A stretch of DNA of 64,000 nucleotides, from assembly GCA_965235115.1 (NCBI GenBank), contig OZ249436.1, positions 23,500,001 to 23,564,000 of the forward strand, given 5' to 3'. How positions within the stretch are numbered: the first letter of the stretch is position 1; the number at the start of each line of letters is the position of its first letter. Shown here one piece after another: positions 49,800 through 61,814 of the stretch. Both the position numbers and the translations under genes were made by a program. This DNA is from Laetmonice hystrix. Taxonomy: Eukaryota. The notes below the pieces were generated by a model. It worked only from the letters and a program-made list of their open reading frames with translations. It did no database searches and had not been told where the DNA came from.

Positions 49800-52657
49800 C
49801 TGGATATTTTCTACACAAATGCTGACCAATTCTTAAACAAAAGGGAGGATTTACTTGCAGCCATAGCAGGAGACGAACCTGACATTATTGCAATTACAGA
49901 GGTGATCCCTAAAGCACAAACTAACATTATTGAGCGAGCACTCTTGAATATACCGGGCTACACTGCATATGTAAACTTTGATATGGATAGTCCCAGGCTA
50001 GGGAGCCAAGGCATGAGAGGAATTTTAATCTACACCAAGCTGGGTCTGCAAGTATCTGAAATCAGTCTTAAATCTAACTTTGCCAAAAGTCTATGGATCG
50101 AGATTGCGCTAAGGAATTCGATGTCGCTTACTGTAGGATGTATTTACCGGAGCCCCTCTAGCAGTGATCGCAATAATGAACTACTGAATGACATGATTAA
50201 GGACATAGCAGGTGCAAGCTCAGGCATTGTAATTATGATTTTAATATGAAGGAAATTGACTGGGAATACTCAACCTCTACAGCTTCTGACCAGCACCACT
50301 CCAGTAAATTCATAAACGCAATCCAGGACTGTTTCCTGTACCAACATGTACGTAAACCCACACGATTTAGACATGGCCAGGAGCTCAGCATCTTAGATTT
50401 GATACTCAGTAATGAGGAAGGGCTAGTTAGGGACAGTAAGTACTACCCCAGCCTATGGAAGAGTGACCATATATGCCTCAGATTTCGAGTCATCTGTCAA
50501 CCAAAACACACTAAGCCACGTCCCAGACTCCTGCTCAATCGGGGCAACTATCAGAAAATGAAGGACGGACTCAGGACTATCCAATGGGATGAAGAGCTGG
50601 CCAACCTACCCGTTCAAGAAACATGGGAATGCCTAAATAGCCATCTCACCAAATTGGTAACTGAATGCATACCTACATCACGGAAAGTTAGTGGCTTCAA
50701 GCAGGTTTACACCACTAAGAACTAGGAAAAGAGCACTGTGGCATATTTACTGCGCCTCAAATTCCGAGAAGGACCACAAAAATTATAAGCAGACCAGGAA
50801 TAAGCTGCGGACCATGACGCATAACCTCAGACGAGGCTATGAACAAAAGCTTTTCAGCAGTATGAAGGCCAACCCAAAAAGCTTCTGGAGGTATGTGAAC
50901 AGCAGGCTCAAATCGAAGGGTGGTATTGCTGACTTAGTTGATGAGGACGGCTCACCGGTATCATCAAATAACGACAAGGCCGAACTACTAAACAGATTCT
51001 TTACCAGTGTTTTTACAGTAGAGGACATAAGTAACATACCAACTATGACTAGCAAAACAGTACATAAACCACTCAGCAAGATACCCATCGACGAGACCAT
51101 CGTAAGAGCCAAACTGGAGAAACTTCTATCGGCTAAATCCCCAGGCCCGGACAAATGGCACCCTAGATGGCTAAAGGAAGTAGCCGAAGTTATTGCAACT
51201 CCACTAGCAGAACTTTATAGACGGACATTATATGATGAGGACTTCCCAACTGCCTGGAGAGAGGGGAACATAACGCCTATATTCAAGAAGGGTCTCAAAA
51301 GTGAACCTGGAAACTACCGCCCAGTCAGCTTGACAGCCATCGCATCGAAGGTCATGGAGTCGATAGTGAGAGATTGTATCGTCGACCACATGTCCGCCAA
51401 TCATCTTTTTGCCGAAGAACAATATGGGTTTGTCCCAGGCCGCGCATGTGTGACCCAATTACTAGCGACGCTTGAGGAGTGGACAGCAACCTTGGAAGAC
51501 GGTCAACCTCTGGACGTGGTATATCTCGATTTCAGTAAGGCATTTGACTCCGTCCCACACGAGCGTCTGGCTGTAAAGCTAGAAGCATATGGTATACAGG
51601 GCGAGTGTGTTAAATGGATTAGAAAATTCTTGAGCTGCCGAAGGCAGCTGGTCGTGGTCGAAGGCTGTTACTCTACATGGGAACCGGTCACCAGTGGAAT
51701 TCCTCAAGGCTCCGTATTAGGCCCGATTCTTTTTGTAATATACATTAACGACCTCCCAGACATGGTGGAAAGTCCCTCAAAAATCTTCGCTGATGACACT
51801 AAAATGTATCACCCAGTACCGAATGTAAATGAATCCCGTTCCCTCCAACAGGACATTAACAAGTTAAGCAACTGATCACACGAATGGCAACTTCCTTTCA
51901 ACACCTCAAAATGTAAGGTAATACCAACCACCACTTTGACTATACCATGGGTGGGCTCGTTCTTGGGTCCACCGGGGAGGAAAAAGACCTGGGAGTGATT
52001 GTCGACACGGATCTGAAGTTCCACAAGCACACAACTAAAACAGTGAGTAAAGCAAACCAAATTCTAGGCATGATTAGGAAATCGTTCACAAACCTGGATA
52101 TAGTCAGCCTTCCACTACTGTATAAAACCTTCGTCAGACCGCATCTCGAATACGGTAACGCAATCTGGGGCCCACACTTCAAAGGCGACCAACTGCGGGT
52201 GGAACGAGTGCAGAGAAGGGCTACTAAGCTCATCACCCAGCTGAAAGACTTTCCCTATGAAGAAAGGCTTAAACAGCTAAATCTCCCTAGCCTATACCAC
52301 CGGCGAAGAAGAGGGGACATGATACAAGTGTTCAAAATCATGAAGGGGATAGATAGGGTTCAAGCCGACCATTTTTTCAAGCCACAAACCCGAACTACCA
52401 GAGGGCATCATATGAAGATCCACAAGCCACATGCTAAGAAGCTAGTCCGGCGCCAATTCTTCTCAACTAGGGTCATTAACGACTGGAACCAGCTCCCGGA
52501 TAACGTCGTAGATGCTGAGACACTAAACTCCTTCAAAGCACGTCTGGACAGGCACTGGGTCGATTGCCAGTGCCTGATAGTAACTAATAGACTACCTGAC
52601 ATCACACGGTTAAACTACAGTAACGACCAGTTTTTAGATCGGGGTCAACACGCTTAG
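49800..52657 (+). pseudogene. LINE ORF2 (APE endonuclease + reverse transcriptase), frameshifted
   Basis: Motifs YTNAD, IIAITE, GCIYRSP, LDLIL, SDH; KSPGPD, NYRPVSLT, YLDFSKAFD, GIPQGSVLGP, FADD; CR1-type C-terminus VRPHLEY...ERVQRRATK...TRGH...FKARLD. Confidence 0.9.
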
Positions 52658-53274
52658 CCTTATTCCCCCTGAACTTCATACTTCATACTTCAAGTAGCCT
52701 CGACCGAATGTAATAACGGAATCATCACCTCCTAGAGCGTTTGTGTCTGATCACTTGCGTCCCGAAGCAAGAGCAACCAAGAAACCCGTTTTTAGCGTCT
52801 ATTTTTTCATGTTGGCTACAAGTAAAGGTTCAAACGGTTCTCTCCCAAGACAGCCTAGTGCAATGGATAAATAACAAGCAGGTGATCCCTGCAGTTTCAC
52901 CGGACTCTCGAGTCCAACATTTCTAAACAGATCACATATGGCGGGATTCAATCCAATGGTCGAACCGTCGCTGGCCTTAGCAGTTTGAGAATTGCCGATC
53001 AGTGGGTGACACTGCTAAGCATTTATTGAGCAGATAGAGGTAGAACTCTGCCAGTGCCTCTATAGACGGTGACGAATGATCGTCGTTTTGACTAGCCTAA
53101 TTCACAAGATTTCCCATTTGGCTTGGTAAACTGACCTACTGGAACAGCGATGTTTTCTAGACATTCGTTCTGCTGCCTCCTAGGAAAATCCCCTTTCACG
53201 GCATCTCGTCCAGACAATCTGAATGCGTGTAGCTGATACACCTGGGGATTGGGATTCAAGCTTTACCTTTTGGC

Positions 53275-54945
53275 TCAACAGATCCTGTCTCTCTGGTTAT
53301 TTCCTCCGTCGTTCCCGGAGAAATTGAAAAATGAGGGGAACCCAGACCTGGTTCGGCCACCAAGGAACAAAGGTAAACTGGTCAACTGTATTGGTGGTGG
53401 AAACGCGTAGGCCTGAAATTTGCCCCAGCTGTGGGACCATGCATCCACTGCAACAGCTTGTGGATGCGGGAAGGGAGTCATGAACAGTAGCAAGTTGCAT
53501 CTCTGGAATGGCAAACAAGTTTATTTGAGGTGTTCCCCCAAATGGAACAACTCCCGGACCACTTCTCGATTGAGGGCCCAATCTGAAGAGAGGAGGCGGA
53601 ATTCCCGGGATAAGGCATCGGGCTTGTAGTTCCGGTTGCCTTGTATATGTGCCACGAGAAGAGCAACCTGGTGATTCCTGCACCCCAGAGGATCTCCCAC
53701 GTCAACTTGAAGAGGGAAACTGACTAACAAATAGTTGACTGCCACTGATAGTCTGAATGCACCTGAATGACTATCTTATTTGTCACCAAATGCTGTCACT
53801 GTTCTAAGGCTAGTTTTATTGCCAACAACTCCAACTGACTGATGTGCAGATTTTTCTGGTCTGACGTCCATACGCCCCTGACTTTCAGAATTTGAAGATG
53901 AGCTCCCCAACTCCGGCTCGATGCGTCGGTAAACACATGCAGGTCTGGAGTCGGATTGCGGAAAGACAACCTTCCGTTAATTTGACTATTGCAGCCACCA
54001 ACTCTCAGAATTATTACTGATCAGGGAATCAGTACTGGTTTGCCTACGGGTTGGAGATGTGGTCTCCATGTGCTTAGCCAGGCAATTTGGAGAGGCCTCA
54101 AATGTAGGCGACCTAACTGCATTGCCAAACTGCCCGAATTGAGAAACCTTAAAATTGAAGCCACATTCGATCCAGAGCTGTCCTCAGAGATAGGAATTTG
54201 GGGAATACAGTCAGACCTCGTTTATCCGATCAGCTTGGTGCCCATTAAAATGTGTTCGGATTGTGAAATATATGGATTACTGAATCATTTTAAATAGAAA
54301 ATGGTAGAAGAGGTTACCGGAAAGTGTCTTCGGATTGTGAGGTATACGGATTACAGAAGCACGGATTAACGAGGTCTGACTGGATATATCGCAGTTTCCT
54401 GCCCCAGTCCTCCGTCAGAAAAACTTTCATACATGTCATACCCCTCTTGAACCCTAGATATAGAAACACCTGGGCGGTGTCAGGGAACATTTGGGTATAT
54501 TGGCTGTCAACTCCAATCTTACTAGGTTGCGCATAAATAGAGCCACTTGATTGAAAGTTGGGCCCAGTTGGCTTGCCTCAGACGGCAATCGTTGAGGTAC
54601 TGGTGAAGTAACATGCCCAGCTTGCGACCCAAGGCTCCCACTGGTGCCAACATTTTGTGAAAACACGTGGGGCTGATGTCAGTCCAAAGGGAAGTACTGC
54701 AAACTAGTACCCTTCTTTGTTTGACATTGTTAGCCGAAGAAAACGCAGGTGATGAGAATAATTGGTACATGCAGATACGCATCCTGTAAATCGATCCTTA
54801 TAGTCCAGTCTCCCTTTCGTAAGTTCTGGGCTACTGACCGAACCGTTTCCATGAGAAACGGCTCTTTTACCGGGTAAATGTTTTGAACACAGGTCTCAAC
54901 CTTCGGTCTCTTTAGGAACTGTGAACACTCCGCAACACCCATGAT
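53275..54945 (-). pseudogene. DIRS pol remnant: RT, RNase H and adenine-methyltransferase-like domain
   Basis: Fragments METVRSVAQNLRKGDWTIRIDLQDAYLHVPI (RT); VFTDASSRSWGAHL and AHIQGNRNYKPDALSR (RNase H); PHPQAVAVDAWSHSW..FQAYAFPP and VPWWPNQVW (MT). Many frameshifts. Confidence 0.85.
54208..54382. mobile_element. pogo/Tigger-like MITE (175 bp), copy 1, inside DIRS pol
   Basis: TA|CAGTCAGACCTCG ... CGAGGTCTGACTG; near-identical to 61815-61989. Confidence 0.8.
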
Positions 54946-55995
54946 CTGAGCTGTCTATGAGTTGTTGCCAACGGAGTTGAGCGTTTTGCAGCCGGAGTCC
55001 GACTGGCAACCACATCAAAGGCTCCTCCATCCAAGCAGGTAATTTCCAAATTTAAGCCTCCAGTCTCCCGACCTCTAGGCCTATAAGGGATTCACCCCTA
55101 CACCATCTGGGGAGTCGTGATCCCTAGTATCTGCGCCCTCTGGTGGAAGATCCAAACTTCCTGTGGTGGCCGGCATTTCGAAAGCCGGCTGAGGGCCCAC
55201 GACCCTCCTGGGGTTCGACCCCCATTACCTCTCTGACCTCGAAATCTGCCTCTCTGGCCGACTTCGATTGGGAACTCGAGGGTCGAGTAGGTGTTGCAGG
55301 GGCTGTGACGTCATCACAGTGTGCAGCTCGAGTAGAATTTGCAGGCGAAGACGCTCAAACCAATGAATCGTGCATGGCGGGGTTTCTGAATCACTTTCAT
55401 TGCATGGGAGGGATTATTTCGTTTCTGATCCTATCCCATGTATGGGTGTAGGCAGAACTGAGATGGGGGGGGGGGTGCCCAACCATAATATTAGTAATTT
55501 AGGGCGCGCTGCCGAAAGTAGTATCTCGCTCCCTCGCCAGAGGGCGGACGTGTAGTAGTCGCCCCTCTCATTCCACTTCCGGCTTAGACAGCTATTACAA
55601 TCAGCGGTCCGTCGTGAAGGCCTAGGCCTACTGCCAGTCCGTAATTTTATTCAGTGTATAGTCTTACAAAGTCCGAAATGCCGAGCCCGTGTTGTGTGAC
55701 AACCGCAGGAGTTCTTTCAAATTTCTAAAAACTTAGGAGGATTTGGCGTGTCAACATCAGTCATCAGCGATCTGTCACTGTCGTGTCAGTGTCAAATTCA
55801 GGAGAGGAGGGCAGATCCGAAGACGATTAAGGTTGTCATCTCGTCATGTCTGTGAAGATCACTCAAAGAAAGACTTCGTGGAAACGTTGATGGGTGGGTA
55901 TTTTGTCGTCCCAGTTGCCAGCAAACAGGCCTATCACGAGGCAAACCCCCGACTAACAAGTTTCTTGGCAAGGAAACCTGGGCAATTTCTTGCCG

Positions 55996-56658
55996 GGCGT
56001 GACTCACACGATCAAGGGTATTTACTATTGACTCAATATTTGTGCATACAGGAGCAAGTTTTCATTCTTGCCGCAGACATGGTAGGGTCTGTAGGGCTGT
56101 ATGTGGGTAAGGTCAAATCTGAAAGTTAATTAAGTTAATTAATTAATTAGTTAGTTAATTAATTAATTAATTAAGTTAATTAGTTAATTAAGTGTTAACA
56201 CCAGGTGTTAAGAAAGTGTTTCATATACAAGAATTGTTTCGTAAATACAAGAATTCACCTCCTGCTGGGTGTTTCATTAACACCGTTTTAACACGTACTT
56301 AATGCCAGAGTAACACCTGACTAACACCTAGGAAACATTCCGACCCAGTTTCACTGTCTCAAATTGGAGGAATAGGCCTGAGATCTCACCTCACCTCGTG
56401 TTTCCAGTGTACTCTGGGGTCCTTCAAGTCCAGCAATATATTGCTGAATTTAGAACACGGTTCTATTACGTCAATATTGCGCAATTTATTGTCGACTAAC
56501 CTTCACACGGGATTCCCACGGAACAACAAGAATATTGGTCAATATTGCTCAATATTCGTTGTCAATATTGAGCAAGAACCTTGACGGGCATATCACACAC
56601 AACAAGTTCCTTGAGTCAAGAAAACTTGACAAGATTTCTTGATCGTGGGAGCCGGGCC
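55996..56658. mobile_element. Harbinger-like MITE inside DIRS, with an AT-rich (TTAA)n insert
   Basis: GGCGTGACTCACACGATCAAG vs the inverted right end GGCCCGGCTCCCACGATCAAG. Confidence 0.55.
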
Positions 56659-58219
56659 TTAGATTTTGCACTGCAGTGTTGCGTTCAACGTGGGCAAAAC
56701 TCTGAACACTAACTTTTTACAGTGCAAAATCTTGCGCTCTCTACTGCGACAGTCGAAGGGAAATATATTCTACACGTTGATGGTTCTAGGGATCCTCGCT
56801 TACGCAATGGCACCGCAAACCATAAATCTTGCCTTCCTGAAGACTTGCTTCTCGTCAGGTTTTGTGAAGCTACCGCTGGCGTGTTGACATCTTGCCTTTG
56901 CCAGAATGTGTTAAACCCCACCTCAGAGGGGGTTTCCCTCACTGGAAGGCGCCGCCCTCATTTACAGGGCAAATCGACTATCCAGTGTGTTAGATGACGT
57001 CACAGCCCCTGCAACACCTACTCGACCCTCGAGTTCCCAATCGAAGTCGGCCTCTGATGGAGGTCAGATCTGAGCCAATATTGCCTTCCCTTGTTAGGAT
57101 CTGAAACATGAAACTTACGTTCTCTGCAGCTGGGAAGCTGGCCTGTAAACAAGGTATGGCGTGGCAGAGGAAGCTATCTCAGAGCATAACCCTAGATGAC
57201 TCAATATATACAGCATAGGCTAATTCGATCGAATGTCGTAAGGCTGGTAGCCCTGAAGTCATCGGCTGCTGGGTCAGTTCGAAATTTCCCTCTTGAACTG
57301 CCGCCGTCTGCAGCAATTGCTGAGGACATTGACAGTCTTGTCTTATTGTCCAGGGCCAGCCACACAGAAGGTGCTGATAGTGTGGGTTTTGATACTGGCT
57401 ACTAAAGCTCAATTGCTATCAGTATTGATAGTGATGCTGATAGCACTATCAACCTTCTGTGTGGCCGGCACTGATTCATAATAAGCGCCTGCCGAGAAAT
57501 TAAAATCTGAGCTGGCTCTTGAATTTTACTTATTCCGCATCAGGATGTAAAGTTGGTTCTGACCGCGGAGGACCCGCATGTAGCTCATAATTTACGGAGA
57601 GCTTTTACCACTGGCTCCTCTCCCTTAAAGACCGATTGGAAAATGTTTGCCTTTGGGCAAGACAGTGGTTCCGGGTCTTCAGTACGAATCTTCTCTCAGA
57701 GGAAGAGAGAGTTGATTCAGATTGCAGATTAATCTCCCAATATGGCAATTAGGCAGAGTCAGGTTTAACCTGTTCCGAAATACCCAAGTCAACAAGCCAA
57801 CAAGCCCACTGGCTTGAGCCAGTATGAGTTCTGCAACTGCCAGAGCATCAAGCCCATCTTCTTGCCTCGGCAAGAGTCGGTCTTCCCCGCCTTCGTTTGA
57901 GGAGCGGTCGGAATTTTAACCGTGGATGGAGACATGGAAATTCTACCTTAGCTTGAATTCCCGAATTTCTTTTTTGTAAGTTCATGAGCAGGCAAAGAGG
58001 GCTATAGCCATTCCTATCTTAATAGGAAGGCCTAGCGTAATTAGATGGGTTCATGAGACTTCGCCTGGGAGACCAGAATCGGGACTTTTGATCGAGCATG
58101 CAACATTGACACACTGGTAAAGCAGCCCAAATAAATGCCTGGCCGCGGCTCACGGGCCTTTGATCAACTGCCCGTCTGCCACTGACGAGGCCTGCCAGAC
58201 GGACCAGCCATAGTAAACC

Positions 58220-58850
58220 GAGGCTCTCTAGCCTGTTGCCAACTGTCATGTCCGTCAAACGACCCAGCGGCCATTAGAGGTTCTCGGACCCGTGGTCTAC
58301 TGTTCGTCTGCCGTTGACCCAGTCCGGTGGAGGGACCAGCATCAAGGTTGTGGCTCTCGAGCCCGATACTTTTGGTTTTCAGGTTCTCGAACCCGTGGCC
58401 TACCATTCGTGTGTCGTTGGCTTAATCCGAAGGATAGACCAGCAATTGCATCGGCATACCGATGCACTCGAGCCCGAGGCCGACTGCCATGTCCGTCAAA
58501 CGATCCAGCGGTCATTAGAGGTTCTCGAACCTGTGGCCTAACTGTTCGTCTGTCGTTGACCCGGTCCGCTGGACGACCAGCGTCATGGTCGGCCATCTGT
58601 GGCTCTCGAGCCCGTGGCCGACTGCCATGTCCGTCAAATGACCCAGCGTCAACAGCGGCCATTAGAGGTTCTCGAACCCTTGGCCCTGTTCTTCTGTGAT
58701 TTTGCCGGTCTGCTGGACGGACCAGCGTCAAGGTCGGCCATCTGTGGCTCTCGAGCCCAGGGCTGATACTTTTGCCTCGTTGACCCGGCCCGTCAGACGG
58801 GCCCGAGTCGTGGTCGGCCAAGTTCAGGTTCTGGAACCTGTGACCGATCA
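58220..58850. repeat. Degenerate GC-rich tandem repeats in the 5' (gag-side) part of DIRS
   Basis: Recurrent GAGGTTCTCGAACC(C/T)GTGGCCT, TGTGGCTCTCGAGCCC and CATGTCCGTCAAA subunits. Confidence 0.75.
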
Positions 58851-60663
58851 ACAGACCAAAGTTGCTTAGCTGAACCCGTTTGCAACGAGCATCAGCTGAA
58901 GTGGATATTGACCCTGAAATTCAACAAACATTTCATATATTTGAACAGGGGAAAACATTCTACAGTTCTCTCTGAACTACCACGAGTTTCAGAGGGGTTA
59001 TTATTTCAACCCGATATTCCAGAACTACCGAGTTTCTCTCTGAAGATAGGAAGGCTGAGATTCTAGTTTTTTCCATTTATCCTGGGACCAAACAGAAAAA
59101 CTTTTCATGGTTGATTAAATCACAATCACGGCAAAAGACACCCTGGACATGATCGTCCCAATAGGACTTTTGTGCTTGCAACTGGCCAAGTTACGAATGC
59201 TGAAACACAATGCAGACGACTACTGAGACCTTAGCAACTGGTTGACCTTAGCAACTGCTTGGCAACGGTAAACAAACGTCGTTTGAAGCTGTCAATTCGC
59301 TTACAAACTCACTGGTTGAATAATAACCACACCTACCTTAGTACGCACCGTTCTCAGGGAGGTTGAGGTAGACAGGAAATACCTTACCAGAGTGTTAATT
59401 CTCCTTAACAAATCGTTCCCCAGGTAAGGCAATCCCGCGTAGTGCAACACACATGTTCGCTCCTTGCCTGGCGGAACTACAGTGATTGATATTGGGTGTA
59501 GGACCAATGACCTTTGACCCTCAGGGTCAAAGACCTTTGACCCACCAGAGGGCGCTGGAGTAGTGGCGGTCCACTGACCGCTAGGTGTTGACCACTGATC
59601 ATTATCAGTGGCAAGATATATACAATTAGTTGTCAATTAAATTTTTAATTCCGCCAGAGTGAACTCCTTATACAAATTATCTCATTTAGTTATGGCGGTA
59701 AGTAATTTCATCTGTGACACCAACAATAAGTTCTGATAAAACAGATATATATATTGATTTTTCACTTAAAAAAGCAGGTAAATAACAATTTTATTCAGGA
59801 GCATAATCATCTTGTATACATTTAATTAGATTCATAATATTGTATTTATAATCTATAAAGCAGTAAATAGCAGAAAACGGTGAAACCTGTATTATAGACT
59901 GTTATCAAAATACTGCCAGACCTCATACTGACATCATAAGAGACGTGTATGTTAGGGAATACTGGTTGGTGTATTCCTTGTTATAACTTCTTTTCGAAAG
60001 CTTTTCTTATACTTTGTATCAATGTTGCATTTTTAGTTTTTAATATGTGGCCGTTTTTCATCTCAGTCAGTATAGGTGAAAATTTGCTTTATTATTTTCT
60101 AATCATTACATGTAGTTTGTTGTTGAGAGCGTGACAAGATTGTATTTTAATCATGTAGTATTCGTCCAAGTTTACCGATTCTGAATGAAAACTGACTGCT
60201 CTCGAGTCTCATGTGCCAAATGACCTCAGTTGACCTACATAGCTTGCGGACAAATAGTGTGCGCTTTTGTCTGACATGTTCGTCAGGGACAGAACAACCG
60301 GTAGCCACCTAAACATTTCCGTCTAGACAACACATGTCAACAAGTTTTGTTTCTAAATTTTGAAGGGTCACTTGAATTATATGCATCAAATAGACCAACT
60401 CCAAATCACAACTAATGTCTTCATCATATCGTTTATGTTTATGAATACATTGATATACACCTTTGATCAGACATTGGCCCTAAATATTATAAAAGGTTGC
60501 CAAGATTTGGAAATGTAAACAAAGTTACTGTATTATGGCATCTATGTTTCTTAGATATGGGGCAATATCAGAAAAAATGTTTACGTTTTGTTAATGTATG
60601 TGTGCCTTAAGTATTGAGATTACGTAAACACAATATTTCTGAAACCATAATGTTTTGCTCCAG

Positions 60664-60771
60664 GCGCTCCTGGTCTTCCTGGAGGGCAAGGGGGGCCTGG
60701 CCTCCGCGGATTTGACGGCTTGGAAGGAGCAACCGGTCCACCTGGTGCACCAGGTCTACCAGGACTTCAAG
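60664..60771 (+). CDS. Collagen exon 7 (108 nt); gene continues beyond the window
   Basis: Acceptor TTGCTCCAG. Reads [36 protein letters not shown]; donor G|GTAAGC. Confidence 0.9.
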
Positions 60772-61286
60772 GTAAGCCTTTGTAAACCCACCCATTGTAA
60801 AACATGCAATCAGCTTTTCGGGAGATTCGCATGTATCTCCCTAAACACTATGTCCCGGCTGTCCATGTCATTTCTTACTTTTGTATCTAGACAGTGTGTA
60901 ATCTTCATGCCCCAACGCAGCGTTCCAGCTGTTTGAGGATTGAATTCACATAAAGAATAGCGTAGACCCATAGCTGTAGGTCATTGTTTGATAGTCAAGT
61001 TTCTTTGTAATTTGACATGGTCTCCAGAAGATCACCAGTCGTGGCGGGTCACAGCTGACCTGGTAACCCAAGCGCGTTACATTTATTTATTGTATCTTGT
61101 CTGTGTTATGGTGACCTGGTTATCACAAATCTGGTCCAGTGACCATAACACAGCGTCGAACCATCCCGCATTCAGCCAACTTGCGCTACCATTCATTCAA
61201 GAAGGGCGGGCAAATAGTCTCGGGTAATTACCGTAAAGTTCGATTCTATATCTGCCACAACACCAACAGTATTGATAAGTAAGGTA

Positions 61287-61803
61287 CGGGGTGGTCCAAA
61301 AAATGTTACCAAGTAATAATTGTTGTCATTTCCAGGAAAATGGATATTTTTCTCTCAATTTCAGGTGAACCATAGTTGGCGCTTCAAATTTTTATCTACC
61401 AGCATTTTAGGAGGGACTTTTCAGGAAGAAATGAACCTACTAGCCTTATAGTTAGGCATCTCCTGGACAAATTCAGGGAAACAGAAGTGTTCTGGATAAA
61501 AACAAAAGTCACAGTGGCCGGCAACGGTCTGCTAAGATGGAAAACAAAATGGAGATTATGAGACAACGTTTGGCGGAATCATCAAAGAAATCAGGAGGCA
61601 AACACCTCGATTTTTGATTTCACAGAGTAGGCCTCAACAATCTTGACCTTCTCCTGCACTGAATATCGAGTTTCTGGATCCATTAATGCTGGTAAATCAA
61701 CTTTGAAGCTCCAATTATGGTTCACCTGAAATTGAAAGAACAATGTCTATTTTCCTGGAAATGACAACAATTTACAATAGGTAACATTTTTTTGAGCACC
61801 CTG
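61287..61803 (+). mobile_element. Tc1/mariner deletion derivative
   Basis: TA|CGGGGTGGTCCAAAAAATGTTACC ... GGTAACATTTTTTTGAGCACCCTG|TA; the internal peptide FRRDFSGRNEPTSLIVRHLLDKFRET resembles a transposase N-terminal HTH region. Confidence 0.7.
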
Positions 61804-61814
61804 TATATAAAGTA

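Larger units (their letters stand above)
48940..52695 (+). mobile_element. CR1-clade LINE inserted in the DIRS element (5' boundary approximate)
   Basis: ORF1 plus APE-RT ORF2; 3' end has a short tandem tail ACTTCATACTTCATACTTCA; no TSD found. Confidence 0.88.
46936..59724 (-). mobile_element. DIRS1-type tyrosine-recombinase retrotransposon (decayed, with nested insertions)
   Basis: Inverted terminal repeats (~46990-48052, interrupted by a MITE, vs ~59468-59682). Internal complementary region 48104-48197 matches both outer termini. GTT trinucleotide at both ends, and minus-strand RT/RNase H/methyltransferase remnants. Confidence 0.9.

Noticed and set aside
58292..58851. 135-169-aa ORFs as host genes
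   Set aside because: They arise from GC-rich tandem repeats inside the DIRS element.
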